Part shown: positions 62,151-63,844 of the stretch, piece after piece | How positions within the stretch are numbered: position 1 is the stretch's first letter | How the letters are laid out: every line of letters starts with the position of its first letter | Origin: Octopus bimaculoides | Lineage: Eukaryota | Direction: 5' to 3' | DNA: 63,844 nucleotides | Assembly: GCF_001194135.2 (NCBI RefSeq) | Contig: NC_068988.1 | Coordinates: 6,268,993-6,332,836 of the forward strand | Position numbers and translations under genes: made by a program | The notes under the pieces: generated by a model | Database searches by the model: none | Told to the model about the DNA's origin: nothing | Seen by the model: the letters and a program-made list of their open reading frames with translations, nothing else

Positions 62151-62297
62151 GCGCAGGAGTGCTGTGTGGTAAGTAGCTTGCTTACCAACCACATGGTTCC
62201 GGGTTCATTCCCACTGCGTGGCACCTTGGGCAAGTGTCTTCTACTATAGCCTCGGGCCGACCAAAGCCTTATGAGTGGATTTGGTTGACGGAAACTA
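62151..62297 (+). mobile_element. SINE family B, 5' half, little diverged
   Basis: GCGCAGGAGTGCTGTGTGGTAAG...ACCTTGGGCAAGT (CORE-like, cf. MIR TGACCTTGGGCAAGT). Confidence 0.9.
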
Positions 62298-62300
62298 ATA

Positions 62301-62542
62301 CGCCCTTTTAAAGCCTAGCCAGGCTCATGGGCTCGGTTTCCCGGTTTCAATGGCGTATGTGTTCCCCAGCTGGACGGGACGCCCTTCCATCGCAGCGTGA
62401 CTCATTTTTGCCGGCTGAGTGGACTGGAGCAACGTGAAATGAAGTGTTTTGCACAAGAACACAACGCGTCGCCCGGTCCAGGAATCGAAACCACAATCTT
62501 ACGATCATGGTGCTGATACCCTAACCACTAAGCCACGCGCCT

Positions 62543-62543
<1 letters not shown>
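62301..62543 (-). mobile_element. SINE family C subfamily, full length
   Basis: Minus-strand head GGCGCGTGGCTTAGTGGTTAG, B-box GGTTTCGATTCC; 3' part matches 32127-32300. Confidence 0.85.
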
Positions 62544-62617
<74 letters not shown>

Positions 62618-62997
62618 CTTGTGTAGATAGGCACGTATAAAGACAGATACATATATATGCACATGGATGCACATATGCACATATATATTTATATATATAT
62701 ATATATATATATGCGAACATAGACACATATTTATGATGTGAATGTATGTGTGTGCGTGCGCGCGTGTGAGTCTTTAAATAAGTTCATAGGTGAATCAATA
62801 CGATATCAGTGCTTCGTCCCTGGGCGAAAGTTTTATATTCCTGTTAGATATACGATATATTCAGAAGCTGCAATGAGTCACCCCGCACACGCACACATGC
62901 ACATACACACACATACACACACACACACACACATACACACACACACACTCACTCACTTTATGTTTATATGTATATGTGTATGTATATGTGTATATGT

Positions 62998-63036
<39 letters not shown>

Positions 63037-63354
63037 TATGTATATATGTGTGAATTTTTGGGTATTTCTGTGTGTAATTATGTGTGCGTCCATGTGATTG
63101 TGTGACGGTATGATTAAAAAAAAAATAAAGAAGACTGAGGTGAAATTATGATACGTATAGAAACCATTGGAACAAGACACAGAATTTAGAGATGGAATAG
63201 GAAATTGGAGAAGTTGCTCTATCATGCGCAAAGAATAGAACCAGACAGTCAGACTGTCAGACAGACAGACAGAAAACATACACACATTTACACACGCACA
63301 CGTACATATATGCACGAACGCTCACAAACACACAAACGCCCACACGCAATCATT

Positions 63355-63395
<41 letters not shown>

Positions 63396-63519
63396 ATATA
63401 TATATGTATGTATGTATATTTATGTGTGTGTGTGTGTGTGAGAGAGACTGATTGCGTGTGTGAGCTTGTGTGTGGGTGTGTTAGTGGCAGTTACTTTGTG
63501 TGAAAATAATCAAATCTAT

Positions 63520-63571
63520 CTATGAGCCTGTCCGTCTGTCTTTCTGTCTGTGTCTGTGTCCGTCTGCCCAC

Positions 63572-63646
<75 letters not shown>

Positions 63647-63660
63647 CCTCTTTATCTATC
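63520..63660. repeat. (TCTG)n/(TCTA)n microsatellite
   Basis: Directly visible. Confidence 0.9.
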
Positions 63661-63787
63661 ACTCACAGACGCACACACACATACATACACGTATGTATAC
63701 TTGAATATACGCATACGTTTAACATTGTATTCATGCAATCAAGCATCGTTCTTAACTGTTGAAGAATGTATGCCTTAATGTATGTAT

Positions 63788-63844
<57 letters not shown>

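Noticed and set aside
848-63778. Hundreds of ORFs in the six-frame track (YIYI, CVCV, THTH, poly-L/V/S/T/D, X-runs)
   Set aside because: They are translations of microsatellites or N-gaps that lack stop codons; no domain content.

Overview
Non-coding, repeat-saturated animal DNA from a gappy short-read scaffold: about 30 N-runs totalling roughly 13-14 kb, nearly all bounded by microsatellites. The extreme microsatellite density and the three tRNA-derived SINE families suggest an octopod cephalopod such as Octopus (inference, no search run). I cannot support any intact host protein-coding gene. The long ORFs in the supplied track are artefacts of microsatellites and N-gaps. The only convincing protein similarities are decayed transposon fragments: Tc1, DD37D (maT) and DD41D transposases, mariner ends, two different Penelope-like (GIY-YIG) elements, restriction-like-endonuclease (RLE) LINE ends, and RTE pieces. 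The most interesting signals are (1) minimal hammerhead-ribozyme-like folds in small (TA)n-embedded elements, two of which share a non-canonical core (U at position 6 plus an extra A) and have differently sequenced but paired helix II; (2) a further hammerhead-like motif with a 72-nt helix II insert; (3) retroelements sitting in specific microsatellite types; (4) a Tc1 with an inverted, still-open DNA-binding-domain ORF and its own TATA-like box; (5) a long-TIR foldback element; and (6) a 65-bp minisatellite with alternating variants. Family assignments are by eye and need database confirmation. None of these is demonstrated to be novel.
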